Shown here: positions 23,830 to 36,800 of the stretch, piece by piece
How positions within the stretch are numbered: position 1 is the first letter of the stretch
How the letters are laid out: every line of letters begins with the position of its first letter
Assembly (NCBI GenBank): GCA_002269645.1
Contig: NIVC01001733.1
Span: forward strand, 124,001 to 188,000
DNA length: 64,000 bases
Source of the DNA: Macrostomum lignano
Taxonomy: Eukaryota
Direction of reading: 5' to 3'
The notes under the pieces: generated by a model
The model's database searches: none
What the model was told of the DNA's origin: nothing
Seen by the model: only the letters and a program-made list of their open reading frames with translations
Program-made: the position numbers and the translations under genes

Positions 23830-25859
23830 AGCATTGAAATTTCAGTAATTCTCTCTAAGAGTCATTATAGCACTACAGCATTATAGCGATTCCCTGCCAG
23901 CCTCGACATCGTAGGGATTCCCAAATGAATCTCTTAACTTCGACATGTAGCTTATTTTATTTTTTACATTACGCTTTTTTTATCAGTGATCCCTCCCCTG
24001 AGGAGGCATCAAATAATGTAATAAAAAGTTTTCAATAAACTTCATGTAGCTTCTGACTTTAGCCTTGAAATCTCATTTATACCCCCGTGAGCCTTGACAT
24101 TTCAGCTATTCCCCCCCGTAAGCCTTGACATGTCAGCGATGGCCCCCATATACCTTGAAATCTAAAAAATCCCCTGTTATTCTGTTAACCTTGAAACCCG
24201 ATAAAATCTAACCCTCAACCCACACCTGACCTAAACCTAACTTTAACCCAACCTAAAGCCTTGAAATCTCAGCAATTCTTCTCCCCTAAGCCTTGACATT
24301 TTAGTGATTCCTTCTTTAAGAATCACAGCACTATAACAATTTCCACCCAGCTTTGACATCGTAGCAATTCCCAAATGAATCTTTTAACTTCGACATGACT
24401 TTTATTTTATATATACATAGTGCTACTTTTATTTTTTACATGACTCTTCTTCTATCAGCGCCCCCCCCCGTGGCGAGCCAACAAAGAATGCAATAAAAAA
24501 ATTGAGTAAAGTACATGAACTTTGAAGTAGCTTCTGACTTTTGCTTTGACATCTCAGAACCCCCCCCCCCTGTAATCTCAGTTATTCTCTGAGAGCCTTT
24601 ACGTCTAAGTTTTTCTCCCTAGCACAGCATTATAGCTGCATTAAATTTTTACATGACACCCTTCATGTCCGACATGACGCTTCTTTTATTGTACCATCGT
24701 ACCATTGTACCATCTTTTATTGTCCAGCTACATGTATCCTTGAAATCTTAAAAAATCTCCTGTCAAACCTTGTAAGCCTTGACATGTCAGTAATTCCCCC
24801 CATAAGGTGTAACATATCAACTTCCCCCCTTGACATCTCAGCAATGCCCCCGATAAGCCTTGGAAATCTAAAAATATCTGTCAACCTTCTAACCCTAACC
24901 CTAGCCTACCCTAACCCTAACCCTAACCCTAACCCTAACCTAACCCTAAAGCATTGAAATTTCAGTAATTCTCTCTAAGAGTCATTATAGCACTACAGCA
25001 TTGTAGCGATTCCCTGCCAGCCTCGACATCGTAGGGATTCCCAAATGAATCTCTTAACTTCGACATGTAGCTTATTTTATTTTTTACATTACGCTTTTTT
25101 TATCAGCGATCCCTCCCCTGAGGAGGCATCAAATAATGTAATAAAAAGTTTTCAATAAACTTCATGTAGCTTCTGACTTTAGCCTTGAAATCTCATTTAT
25201 ACCCCCGTGAGCCTTGACATCTCAGCTATTCCCCCCGTAAGCCTTGACATGTCAGCGATGGCCCCCATATACCTTGAAATCTAAAAAATCCCCTGTTATT
25301 CTGTTAACCTTGAAACCCGATAAAATCTAACCCTCAACCCACACCTGACCTAAACCTAACTTTAACCCAACCTAAAGCCTTGAAATCTCAGCAATTCTTC
25401 TCCCCTAAGCCTTGACATTTTAGTGATTCCTTCTTTAAGAATCACAGCACTATAACAATTTCCACCCAGCTTTGACATTGTAGCAATTCCCAAATGAATC
25501 TTTTAACTTCGACATGACTTTTATTTTATGTATACATAGTGCTACTTTTATTTTTTACATGACTCTTCTTCTATCAGCCCCCCCCCGTGGCGAGCCAACA
25601 AAGAATGCAATAAAAAAATTGAGTAAAGTACATGAACTTTGAAGTAGCTTCTGACTTTTGCTTTGACATCTCAGAACCCCCCCCCCCCCCTGTAATCTCA
25701 GTTATTCTCTGAGAGCCTTTACGTCTAAGTTTTTCTCCCTAGCACAGCATTATAGCTGCATTAAATTTTTACATGACACCCTTCATGTCTGACATGACGC
25801 TTCTTTTATTCTACCATGATGCTTCTTAATATTTTAAATGACACTTTCATTACTTTTTA

Positions 25860-28255
25860 AATGAGGCTTCTATGATTTTTTCATGACGCTTCTATGATTG
25901 TTTACATGACGCTTATATGATTGTTTACATGACGCTTCTATGATTTTTTACATGACGCTTCTATGATTGTTTACATGACGCTTCTACAATTTTTTACATG
26001 GCGCTTCTATGATTGTTTACATGACGCTTCTATGATTTTTTACATGGCGCTTCTATGATTGTTTACATGACGCTTCTACAATTTTTTACATGGCGCTTCT
26101 ATGATTGTTTACATGACGCTTCTATGATTGTTTACATGACGCTTCTATGATTTTTACATGACGCTTCTATGATATTTTAAATGATGCTTCTATGATTGTT
26201 TACATGATGCTTCTATGATTGTTTACATGACGCTTCTATGATTTTTTACATGACGCTTCTCTGGTTTTTTACATGACGCTTCTATGATTTTTTACATGGC
26301 GCTTCTATGATTGTTTACATGACGCTTCTACAATTTTTTACATGGCGCTTCTATGATTGTTTACATGACGCTTCTACAATTTTTTACATGGCGCTTCTAT
26401 GATTGTTTACATGACGCTTCTACAATTTTTTACATGGCGCTTCTATGATTGTTTACATGACGCTTCTATGATTGTTTACATGACGCTTCTATGATTGTTT
26501 ACATGACGCTTCTATGATTTTTTACATGACGCTTCTATGATTTTTTACATGACGCTTCTACAATTTTTTACATGGCGCTTCTATGATTGTTTACATGACG
26601 CTTCTATGATTTTTTACATGGCGCTTCTATGATTGTTTACATGACGCTTCTACAATTTTTTACATGGCGCTTCTATGATTGTTTACATGACGCTTATATG
26701 ATTGTTTACATGACGCTTCTATGATTTTTTACATGACGCTTCTATGATTGTTTACATGACGCTTCTACAATTTTTTACATGGCGCTTCTATGATTGTTTA
26801 CATGACGCTTCTATGATTTTTTACATGGCGCTTCTATGATTGTTTACATGACGCTTCTACAATTTTTTACATGGCGCTTCTATGATTGTTTACATGACGC
26901 TTCTATGATTGTTTACATGACGCTTCTATGATTTTTACATGACGCTTCTATGATATTTTAAATGATGCTTCTATGATTGTTTACATGATGCTTCTATGAT
27001 TGTTTACATGACGCTTCTATGATTTTTTACATGACGCTTCTCTGGTTTTTTACATGACGCTTCTACAATTTTTTACATGGCGCTTCTATGATTGTTTACA
27101 TGACGCTTCTACAATTTTTTACATGGCGCTTCTATGATTGTTTACATGACGCTTCTACAATTTTTTACATGGCGCTTCTATGATTGTTTACATGACGCTT
27201 CTACAATTTTTTACATGGCGCTTCTATGATTGTTTACATGACGCTTCTATGATTGTTTACATGACGCTTCTATGATTGTTTACATGACGCTTCTATGATT
27301 TTTTACATGACGCTTCTATGATTTTTTACATGACGCTTCTACAATTTTTTACATGGCGCTTCTATGATTGTTTACATGACGCTTCTATGATTTTTTACAT
27401 GGCGCTTCTATGATTGTTTACATGACGCTTCTACAATTTTTTACATGGCGCTTCTATGATTGTTTACATGACGCTTCTATGATTGTTTACATGACGCTTC
27501 TATGATTTTTACATGACGCTTCTATGATATTTTAAATGATGCTTCTATGATTGTTTACATGATGCTTCTATGATTGTTTACATGACGCTTCTATGATTTT
27601 TTACATGACGCTTCTCTGGTTTTTTACATGACGCTTCTACAATTTTTTACATGGCGCTTCTATGATTGTTTACATGACGCTTCTACAATTTTTTACATGG
27701 CGCTTCTATGATTGTTTACATGACGCTTCTACAATTTTTTACATGGCGCTTCTATGATTGTTTACATGACGCTTCTACAATTTTTTACATGGCGCTTCTA
27801 TGATTGTTTACATGACGCTTCTATGATTGTTTACATGACGCTTCTATGATTGTTTACATGACGCTTCTATGATTTTTTACATGACGCTTCTATGATTTTT
27901 TACATGACGCTTCTACAATTTTTTACATGGCGCTTCTATGATTGTTTACATGACGCTTCTACAATTTTTTACATGGCGCTTCTATGATTGTTTACATGAC
28001 GCTTCTATGATTGTTTACATGACGCTTCTATGATTGTTTACATGACGCTTCTATGATTTTTTACATGACGCTTCTATGATTTTTTACATGACGCTTCTAT
28101 GATTTTTTACATGACGCTTCTATGATTGTTTACATGACGCTTCTATGATTGTTTTCATGACGCTTCTATGATTGTTTACATGACGCTTTTATGATTTTTT
28201 AAATAACGCTTCTATGATTTTTAAATGACGCTTCAATGATTTTTACATGACGCTT
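25860..28255 (+). repeat. 23-bp satellite (CATGACGCTTCTATGATTGTTTA), ~100 units with higher-order structure
   Basis: Variant run GATATTTTAAATGATGCTT...CTCTGGTTTTTT recurs near 26170, 26950 and 27525. Confidence 0.95.
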
Positions 28256-30964
28256 CTTTTTAAAAAGTCTTAGTTTTCCTGACGTTGAAAAGCTTTAATT
28301 AAAAAAATTATACTCTATGAAAATTCGAACCAATTCGAACCAAACTGCATTTAGCAGTTCAGTTTGTACACCTCTAGGCTAGCTCTCATCATTTTGATAA
28401 CATCAAATTTTGCACTTATATAATTCAACACTTTAAAATCCAAGCATAGAGTAAATCACACGAAGCAGTTATGACATAATCAGTTTCTCAGTTAGTCAGT
28501 ATCAGTTAACAATATGGTTACGCAATTTAAATCAAGTCTGGTGCTACGCTTCCACACTGCATTTTCAATTCAAGTCAGAGTTACAATTCAGTTATGATGC
28601 AATCTATTTCAGAATCAGAATTCAACCAGTCAGTTTTTTCTCTAGCATTCTTACAATGCATTTCAAGTCGAAAAGTTTGCTTGACCTTTGCAAAAAAAGC
28701 ATGTTTTTCGAATATTTAATGCCTTTAGCATCGAGCAATTTCTTAGCCACGATGCATGTACAGTCACGGGAAAATTTCTGATCGAACAGTGCAAGTTCGA
28801 ACAAAATCGGTCCAGCCATTTTTTCTCTAATCAATCACATAGATAGATAGATAGACACAGACAGACTTGGAAAGTATATTGTATATTGGAAAATGGAAAT
28901 TGCTTAGATGACCTCTATGTTTTGTTAAAAGATGGAAAAGCAAACAGTGCATTATAAAGTATGTTTTGGAAAAAAGTGTGAGATTTATTTTTTTTATGAG
29001 TTAGCTTTAACAGATTAACACTTATTAACAATTATCAGTTAATTTTCAATTAACTTTATTGAAATTAGGAGTTAATAAGTTAAGATTTTTTGTTTTAATG
29101 CTAATGCTTTTGCTATTAATGGAAGTTAAAATTTTCATTAATGGTGCCTAACACTGCTTATGGCTAGGGCCTAAGTATGAGCATGTCTAGGCCTATTCTT
29201 AGGGCCTATCAATAAAATAAAAATCAATCAAAATAAAATAAATATTTATAAACTTAGGCCTAGTATTAACTTTAGTTTTTAATGCTTTATCAAAGGCCTA
29301 ATTATAAAAAAAATATAATCAAACAAAATATTTATTTTAAGCATTTTGGTTTAACTTGACCTTTGACCATTTTAAACAGTTTGTTTGTAAAATATAATTT
29401 ACTAATATAGGGCCTAATACAATATATAGTAATCAATTATGTAATTAGGATTGGCTTATAATTTTTTGAAGATAAATCTAGACTTAGTTCAAATGCTAAT
29501 AGTATACAAGTTTTAAATTAGGCCTGCTATATATTATAAAAACAAATGAAAATAAGGCAATCTTTTAGTTTGTTTAATAATATTGTTTTTGAATTTAAAT
29601 TAATATTATAATATAGTGCCTTGTAAAAATGTTTTGCCAAAAAGGATAAAAACAGTATTAGAAAATGATTTAGTATATAGGATTAATTAGGCCCTTAGCC
29701 AAGAATAAAAAGCTAAGTGGGCTATTTATATTTTTTATTAGATTTCTACCCTAAGATTTTACCCATAGATATACCTTATACAAAACATTTAAAGCTATTG
29801 TCTATATTGTCCATGGCCAAAAATCTAGTTTAAAAAGCTAAACATATTTTATTAATAATGTTTCTCATCTCTTTTGGTCATAGACATCAGTTTCTAATGT
29901 GGCATTAATGGAAAATTAGATAATAGAATATCCTTAATACATGTTTTACATTATTAGAGGGCCTAGTCAAGTTGAATATCATTATTAAGAATAGGTCTAA
30001 GTTTTTTAATTATATAATCTCTAGGGACCCTAGTTGAATAATATAAAACCAATGAGGCTTAAGAGTCTTTATAGCCAAGTAAGTAGTCATTAATAGTAAA
30101 GTTTTTAGCCATTGTTCTTTGGCTTTTGGATGTATATCTTTTTGTTTTTCTTTTTTTATCCAAGAAATACTCTAATAAAAGTAGCAAAACTCATAAAAAA
30201 CATGTTTATATGAGATAGCATAAAATCCTATTAGAATGCATTTGAAAAACTGATAGATATGCAAATTATAGAAATATGAAAACAAAATAAAAAGGAAGTA
30301 AAAATGCCAAAGATAAAACAAAAGCTTTTTAACTATATTATTTTACTTTTTAAATTCTTTTATCTAGTAACACTTGCTAAAATTTATTTTATATAATAGG
30401 GATATAATGCTACATTTTTATAATTTCCAAACATCTAGAGTATTCTATCATGATTGATAGTCATATTATATTATTATAATAGAGATAAAAGTAAAAAAAT
30501 TAAATCTGCTTATATATTGATTTTTGATTAACTGTGAAATAGTTGGTTTAGAGCTGTTAATTTAGAACCAAATAGTATCCAAAAGCTACAAAGAATGAAC
30601 ATAATGAGGCATGCACTTAAGCAAATCACCTTTCTATTATTTAGGATATGGAGCCTAACAGTTACATGGAAAGCTAATATAAGTTGGCTTATAATAAACA
30701 ATGATCAATAAGCACCCTTTAATGAAATTAACTTCTATAGCTAAGAACTAAAGTTTATGTATCTTGTCTCTATCATAAATTTGATATTCTCTATCATAAA
30801 ATTTAAAGCATAAAAGAATTTGAACTGCTTTGATCACTGTCAAAGCAAAATTATTATCAAAATACCTTTTTGTAAAGCTGGGGTATTTTCTTAAGACAAT
30901 TATTTATTTTCCCAATGAGCCATATAGAATAGGGCAAAGTGGCTTCTTATTGTATCAATTTATT

Positions 30965-31300
30965 GGGTAGAGCCAGTGGCTAAGAGTATCAACTTATGAC
31001 TTGAAGGTTTGGGGGTTTGATTCCTAATCCCATTAGAACAATTTGTGTCCTTTAGCAAGATACTTTCTCTGCATTGCTTCAGTTTACCCAACTATAAAAT
31101 GGGTACCAGCATTAGCTGGGGTTATTGAGGGTGTGTTTGGTGACCCCACAGTCCTTAGGCTGAATAGCCATATGCAGCCTTCAGATGTGCTACACAATAG
31201 CTACAGCTGATCTATTGGTTGCATTGCATATTTCGCCCTATTGTGGTAGGTGAAATCATTTATTATTATTATTATTAATATAATAACTATTAATAATGAA
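30965..31300 (+). mobile_element. tRNA-derived SINE, copy 2 (CpG-erased)
   Basis: Colinear with 17672-17979, but the CpG sites read TG, CA or TA. (TTA)n tail. Confidence 0.8.
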
Positions 31301-31599
31301 TAATGACTAGACATAGCAAACAGAGTGCTTAAATTATCTCTAGAGGAGTCATTTCACAGAGCAAAATATCTGTAAGCCTCTACTTTCAGTAATTATCAAC
31401 GAAAACTCTGTTTCCATCCCAGCTACCAGCCCCTCAGCCAATCAAAGCCCGTTTACGCACTCTCTCTGCACTCATTTCATGGGCCTGGAGCGGATTTGAA
31501 CCGAGCTACAGGAAAGGATTAGAGATAGAAAGATCCCCAGGGCCTCCGAGCTTGAAGCATTCGGGCGCACCGCAGCTGCACAGTTGACACAGCGAAGCA

Positions 31600-34500
31600 A
31601 TGAGCGCTGAACTCCCCGCCGCCATTGACGTGACGGCCTGGCGCGGCGCCCGGGTGCTGTTCTACCACGAGCCCCTGGCCGCCTACCTGCCCGGCCAGCT
31701 GGTGGCCTTCACGCCCGGCAACCAGCGAGCCGTTGTTGAAGTCGAAGAGCGCCTGGCCAGCAGCCTCGGCCTGGTGGTCACCGACTATCGCTCGGTGAAG
31801 CTCAAGCTGAAGAGTCCCAGCTTGGCCGCTGGCGACGCCGGTTCCGGCCTCTCCAGCCGGCAGTTCCGCGTCCCCATCGAGGAGGTCGTGAGCGACGCCG
31901 CGCCGCAGCTCAGCCAGCTGGTCGAGGGCCAACTCGCCTGCGCCCAGCTGCCGCAGGACCAGCTGGCCGACGGTGTGTACCGCCCAGTCACCGTTGACGG
32001 CCTGTCCGCGGCCGCCCAGCCCGCTGTGACCGTGCGGCTGAGCTCCGGCCAGCTGGCGTCGGTGCACCGCTCCCAGCTCCGGCTGCTGCGCCCGCCCTGG
32101 CAGGACGAGCTGGACGCCGCTGCCGCCGCTGCTGCTGAAGTCGCCGCTGCCGCTCCTGCCGCCGCGACCACCGAGTCGACTGCCACCACAGCGTCCGCCT
32201 CTGACACCGTTGACGATTTGTCCTCGCCGCCGCCGGGACTGGAAGATGAAGATGAGTCTGGTGAGTCTGCTACTGAAATTCTTTCGGCCGTAATCTTTCT
32301 CTTATAGCTCTTCCACCTGCAGCTTCCGCTCTCCCATCTGCAGCTTCCACTCTCTCATCTGCAGCTTCCGCTCTCCCATCTGCAGCTTCCGCTCTCTCAT
32401 CTGCAGCTTCCACTCTCTCAGCTGCAGCTTCCACTCTCTCAGCTGCAGCTTCCACTCTCTCAGCTGTAGCTTCCACTCTCTCATCTGCAGCTTCCGCTCT
32501 CTCATCTGCAGCTTCCGCTCTCTCATCTGCAGCTTCCACTCTCTCATCTGCAGCTTCCACTCAATCATCTGCACCTTCGGATCCCCCTCTCTGCTACTTC
32601 TTAAACCAATCGAAACAATTCCGACAAAGTCACGAGAGCGGTGCTGCAGTCACTTTCATCCTCACTATAACAGGCTGCCTCATCGTCTCTGACAAAGACT
32701 TGTTTTCGAGATGCAGCCCTGCCGGGCACTGGGCTTGCAGTCAGTCAGAGCGGTGTCGGTTTACACATTGCTGGCCTGCGAATCTGCCAATTTGGCTGCG
32801 ACAATTATCGATATTTGCTCCACAGATGAGCCCTGCTTCTCTTTACAGTCTCTTTTATCTTCTTTCGGAGCAATAGCAGCAATTTTCAATCGCTGGCTTT
32901 TGGAGGGGGGGGGAAATCTGTTGCAGCTGGGGCCGCTTCTTTGAGCCGCCGGGATTTCTGCTGCCGGATTCCATTCTGCTTCTTTTCATGAATTGGGCGA
33001 AATCAGCCGAAAATTGCCCCAGTGTGTCTCAGCCAGGCCCTGCGCTGGCATTTGAGCACAGTGGGGGTTCCCCCGCCTTTTCCCTGTCCCACTAGTTTTG
33101 CTGCGATGCTCGCTCAGGTTCAGCTTCGCTCAGGGCGTGCAGTTGACAGTCGGTGGGAAGATGGACGTGATTCCACTGGTTGCTTAAGCGGGCGGAAATG
33201 ACTGCCTAGTTTGAGCAGGACTCAGGCCTTTCTTTCATATTCTTCACCTGCTTGGGAGTAGCGGGAGGGTAATTAAATTAATAGACAAGCTGCTGAGCTC
33301 CAGGCCTGTTGCCTATAAATAGAAATTCGGGATAAACAACCAGACTTTCGGTGCTAAGTGTCCGGTGATTCATTTCTGAAGAATTGCTTTGGTGTGCTGA
33401 ATCAGTATTCACAGATCAGGACTTTCTAGGTGGGTTTGGATTTACTATCAGTAGCCTAATGGCTTTCGGGATCAGTAGCCTAATGGCTTTCGGGATAAGT
33501 AGCCTAATGTGATTTGGAATTAGCAGCCTAATGGGATTTGGGATCAGTAGCCTAATGTGATTTGGAATCAGTAGCCTGATGGGATTTGGGATCAGTAGCC
33601 TGATGGCATTTGGGATCAGTAGCCTGATGGCACTTGGGATCAGTAGCCTGGTGGGATTTGGGATCAGTAGCCTGATGGGATTTGGAATCAGTAGCCTGAT
33701 GGGATTTGGAATCAGTAGCCTGATGGGATTTGGGATCAGTAGCCTGATGGGATTTGGGATCAGTAGCCTGATGGCACTTGGGATCAGTAGCCTGATGGGA
33801 TTTGGGATCAGTAGCCTGATGGCACTTGGGATCAGTAGCCTGATGGGATTTGGGATCAGTAGCCTGATGGGATTTGAAATCAGTAGCCTGATGGGATTTG
33901 GGATCAGTAGCCTGATGGGATTTGGGATCAGTAGCCTGGTGGGATTTGGGATCAGTAGCCTGATGGGATTTGGAATCAGTAGCCTGATGGGATTTGGAAT
34001 CAGTAGCCTGATGGGATTTGGGATCAGTAGCCTGATGGGATTTGGGATCAGTAGCCTGATGGCACTTGGGATCAGTAGCCTGATGGGATTTGGATCAGTA
34101 GCCTGATGGCATTGGATCAGTAGCCTGATGGGATTTGGGATCAGTAGCCTGATGGGATTTGAAATCAGTAGCCTGATGGGATTTGGGATCAGTAGCCTGA
34201 TGGGATTTGGGATCAGTAGCCTGATGGCATTTGGGATCAGTAGCCTGATGGCACTTGGATCAGTAGCCTGATGGGATTTGGGATCAGTAGCCTGATGGGA
34301 TTTGGGATCAGTAGCCTGATGGGATTTGGGATCAGTAGCCTAATGTGATTTGGAATCAGTAGCTTAATAAGATTCAGAATTAGTAGCCTAATGGGATTTG
34401 GAATCAGTAGCCTAATGGGATTTGGAATCAGTAGCCTAATGGGATTTGGGATCAGTAGCTTAATAAGATTCAGAATTAGTAGCCTAATGGGATTTGGAAT

Positions 34501-36769
34501 CAGTAGCCTAATGGGATTTGGGATCAGTAGCTTAATAAGATTCAGAATTAGTAGCCTAATGGGATTTGGAATCAGTAGCCTAATGGGATTTGGAATCAGT
34601 AGCCTAATGGGATTTGGGATCAGTAGCCTAATGGGATTTGGGATCAGTAGCCTAATGGGATTTGGGATCAGTAGCTTAATAAGATTCAGAATTAGTAGCC
34701 TAATGGGATTTGGAATCAGTAGCCTAATGGGATTTGGAATCAGTAGCCTAATGGGATTTGGGATCAGTAGCCTAATGGGATTTGGGATCAGTAGCCTAAT
34801 GGGATGTGGGATCAGTAGCCTAATGGGATTTGGGATCCGTAATCCCAAATGGGATTTGTGATCAGTAGCCTAATGAGATTAGGGATCAGAAGCCTAATGG
34901 GATTGGCTTTTTCAAAGTCCTTGAGGGGAAGAAAATCCATATCTAAGCAATATTATTTAATTTGCGCCACCCGCCCGCAGACTGCGACCCGCAGCTGGCC
35001 TCAGGCCGGTTCAGCAAAGGCGACGTCGTCCGGACTCCGGGCGGGGTGAAGAAGAAATTCAACGGCAAGCAGTGGCGCCGGCTGTGCAGCGCCGACGGCT
35101 GCTCAAAGGAGAGCCAGCGAAGGGGCTTCTGTTCCAGGCATCTCAGCCAGAAGGGCAAGGCGTCCAAGTGAGTGCGGCCGGGGACCGGGGATGACAATCA
35201 CTCTGGGAAGAAAATCCCAATTTTATTGGGCTCCTGATCCCAAATTCCATGAGGCTACTAATCCCAATCCCATTAGGCTACTGATACCAAATCTCATTAA
35301 GCTACTGATCCCAAATGCCGTCAGGCTACTGATCCCAAATCCCATTAGGCTACTGATCCCAAATCACACTAGGCTAGTGATCCCAAATGCCATCAGGCTA
35401 CTGATCCCAAATCTCATTAGGCTACTGATCCCAAATGCCATCAGGCTACTGATCCCAAATCCCATTAGGCTACTGATCCCCAATCCTATTAGGCTACTGA
35501 TCCCAAATCCCATTAGGCTACTGATCCCAAATCCCATCAGGCTACTGATCCCAAATCCCATTAGGCTACTGATCCCAAATCACATTAGGCTACTGATCCC
35601 AAATCCCGATCCCTACCGCAGCGGAGCCCTTCTTGGCTTTTGCAGCGCTACCTAAGCTGGATTTTTAGCAAACCTGTATAAAATTTTCCAGATACCAGCG
35701 CCCTCTGGAGCCCTGGGCGCCTGGCGTGCCTCCTGCTGCCACTGTGCCAGCCGCACCGGTTGCACCTCCACCCTTTATTGCTACCGGCTACTCCACTTTT
35801 GCTCCAGCCTCCGTTGTTACACCGTTGTCTTCTGCTTTTAGTCTGCAACTGCATCACCAGCAGCAGCAGCCGCATCCGTCCTGCACCAGCTTGCTGCCCA
35901 TTCTGGAGTCTGAGCTCAAGCGCGATCCCAGCCAATCGGTGCTTCATCATGACCAGCTGCCAGCCGTAGCCACCGCCGGCGCACTTGATGGACAGGCAGC
36001 TCGGCCAGCGGCTGCCAGCGAGTCGGACACCGCGGCTAAGGCTGCCCCGCCAACTGTTGGCTCTGCTACTATGGAAGATGAAGACGACGTGTTCCAGCTG
36101 CCGGAGAGGCCGCAGCGAGATGCTCCTCAGGCGGACAAGTCCCAGCAGCAGCAGCAACCGGAGCACATTCGCCGCCCCATGAACGCCTTCATCCTGTTCA
36201 GCAAGCGGAATCGAGCTCGCGTCCAGGAGGAGAATCCCGGCCTGGACAACCGCGCCGTCAGCAAGATCCTCGGCGAGTTGTGGTACAACCTGTCCAAGGC
36301 GGACAGGGAGCAGTACAACAGCCTGGCCAGCCAGGTCAAGTCCGAGCACTTCCGCCAGAATCCCAACTTCCGCTGGTCGTCCGCTAAGGAGCGCCGACGG
36401 TCCGACTCAGCCTCCGCCGCTGTCGCTCAGCCGCTTCATCATCAGATCGGCGGCGCTGCAGGCAGCAACGGCAGCGACAGCAACCTCCGTCTGCTGGCGG
36501 ACGCCGCGGTGGCTCATCAGGCCGCTCAGGCGTCGCCGGGGTTGCCGCCGACTTTGCAGCGACAGCAGCAACAGCTGCCGCCGCGTCCGCCTCCGCTGCA
36601 GCCGACTATGTCGAAGTTTCGTCGACTATCGGAGCATCTGCAGCAGCAACATCAGCAGCAAGGATTTCAGCGCTACTCAACAAGCAGCAGCGGAGGCGCA
36701 GTTCTGGTTCCAACCACTGTGCAGCCCAGCCTGCTCAGCATCAGCGACCAGCACAGCCAGCACCAGAGT

Positions 36770-36800
<31 letters not shown>

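Larger units (their letters stand above)
23545..28880 (+). mobile_element. Nested satellite-bearing element (Helentron/HINE-like, tentative) with ~1.12-kb tandem duplication, CCCTAA tracts and 23-bp satellite
   Basis: Begins AACTAGC and ends ...AAAATCGGTCCAGCC...AGATAGATAGATAGACACAGACAGAC...TATATTGTATATT. Block at 23605 repeats at 24726. Retains CpG unlike its flanks. Boundaries approximate. Confidence 0.6.
22987..29156. mobile_element. Non-autonomous hAT-type element F (6170 bp including nested insert), CpG-free termini
   Basis: TIR CAGTGTTGGGCACCA / TGGTGCCTAACACTG (14/15 match). Exact TSD CTTATGGC at 22979-22986 and 29157-29164. Inverted TTAATAAGTGTTA subterminal motifs. Confidence 0.88.
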
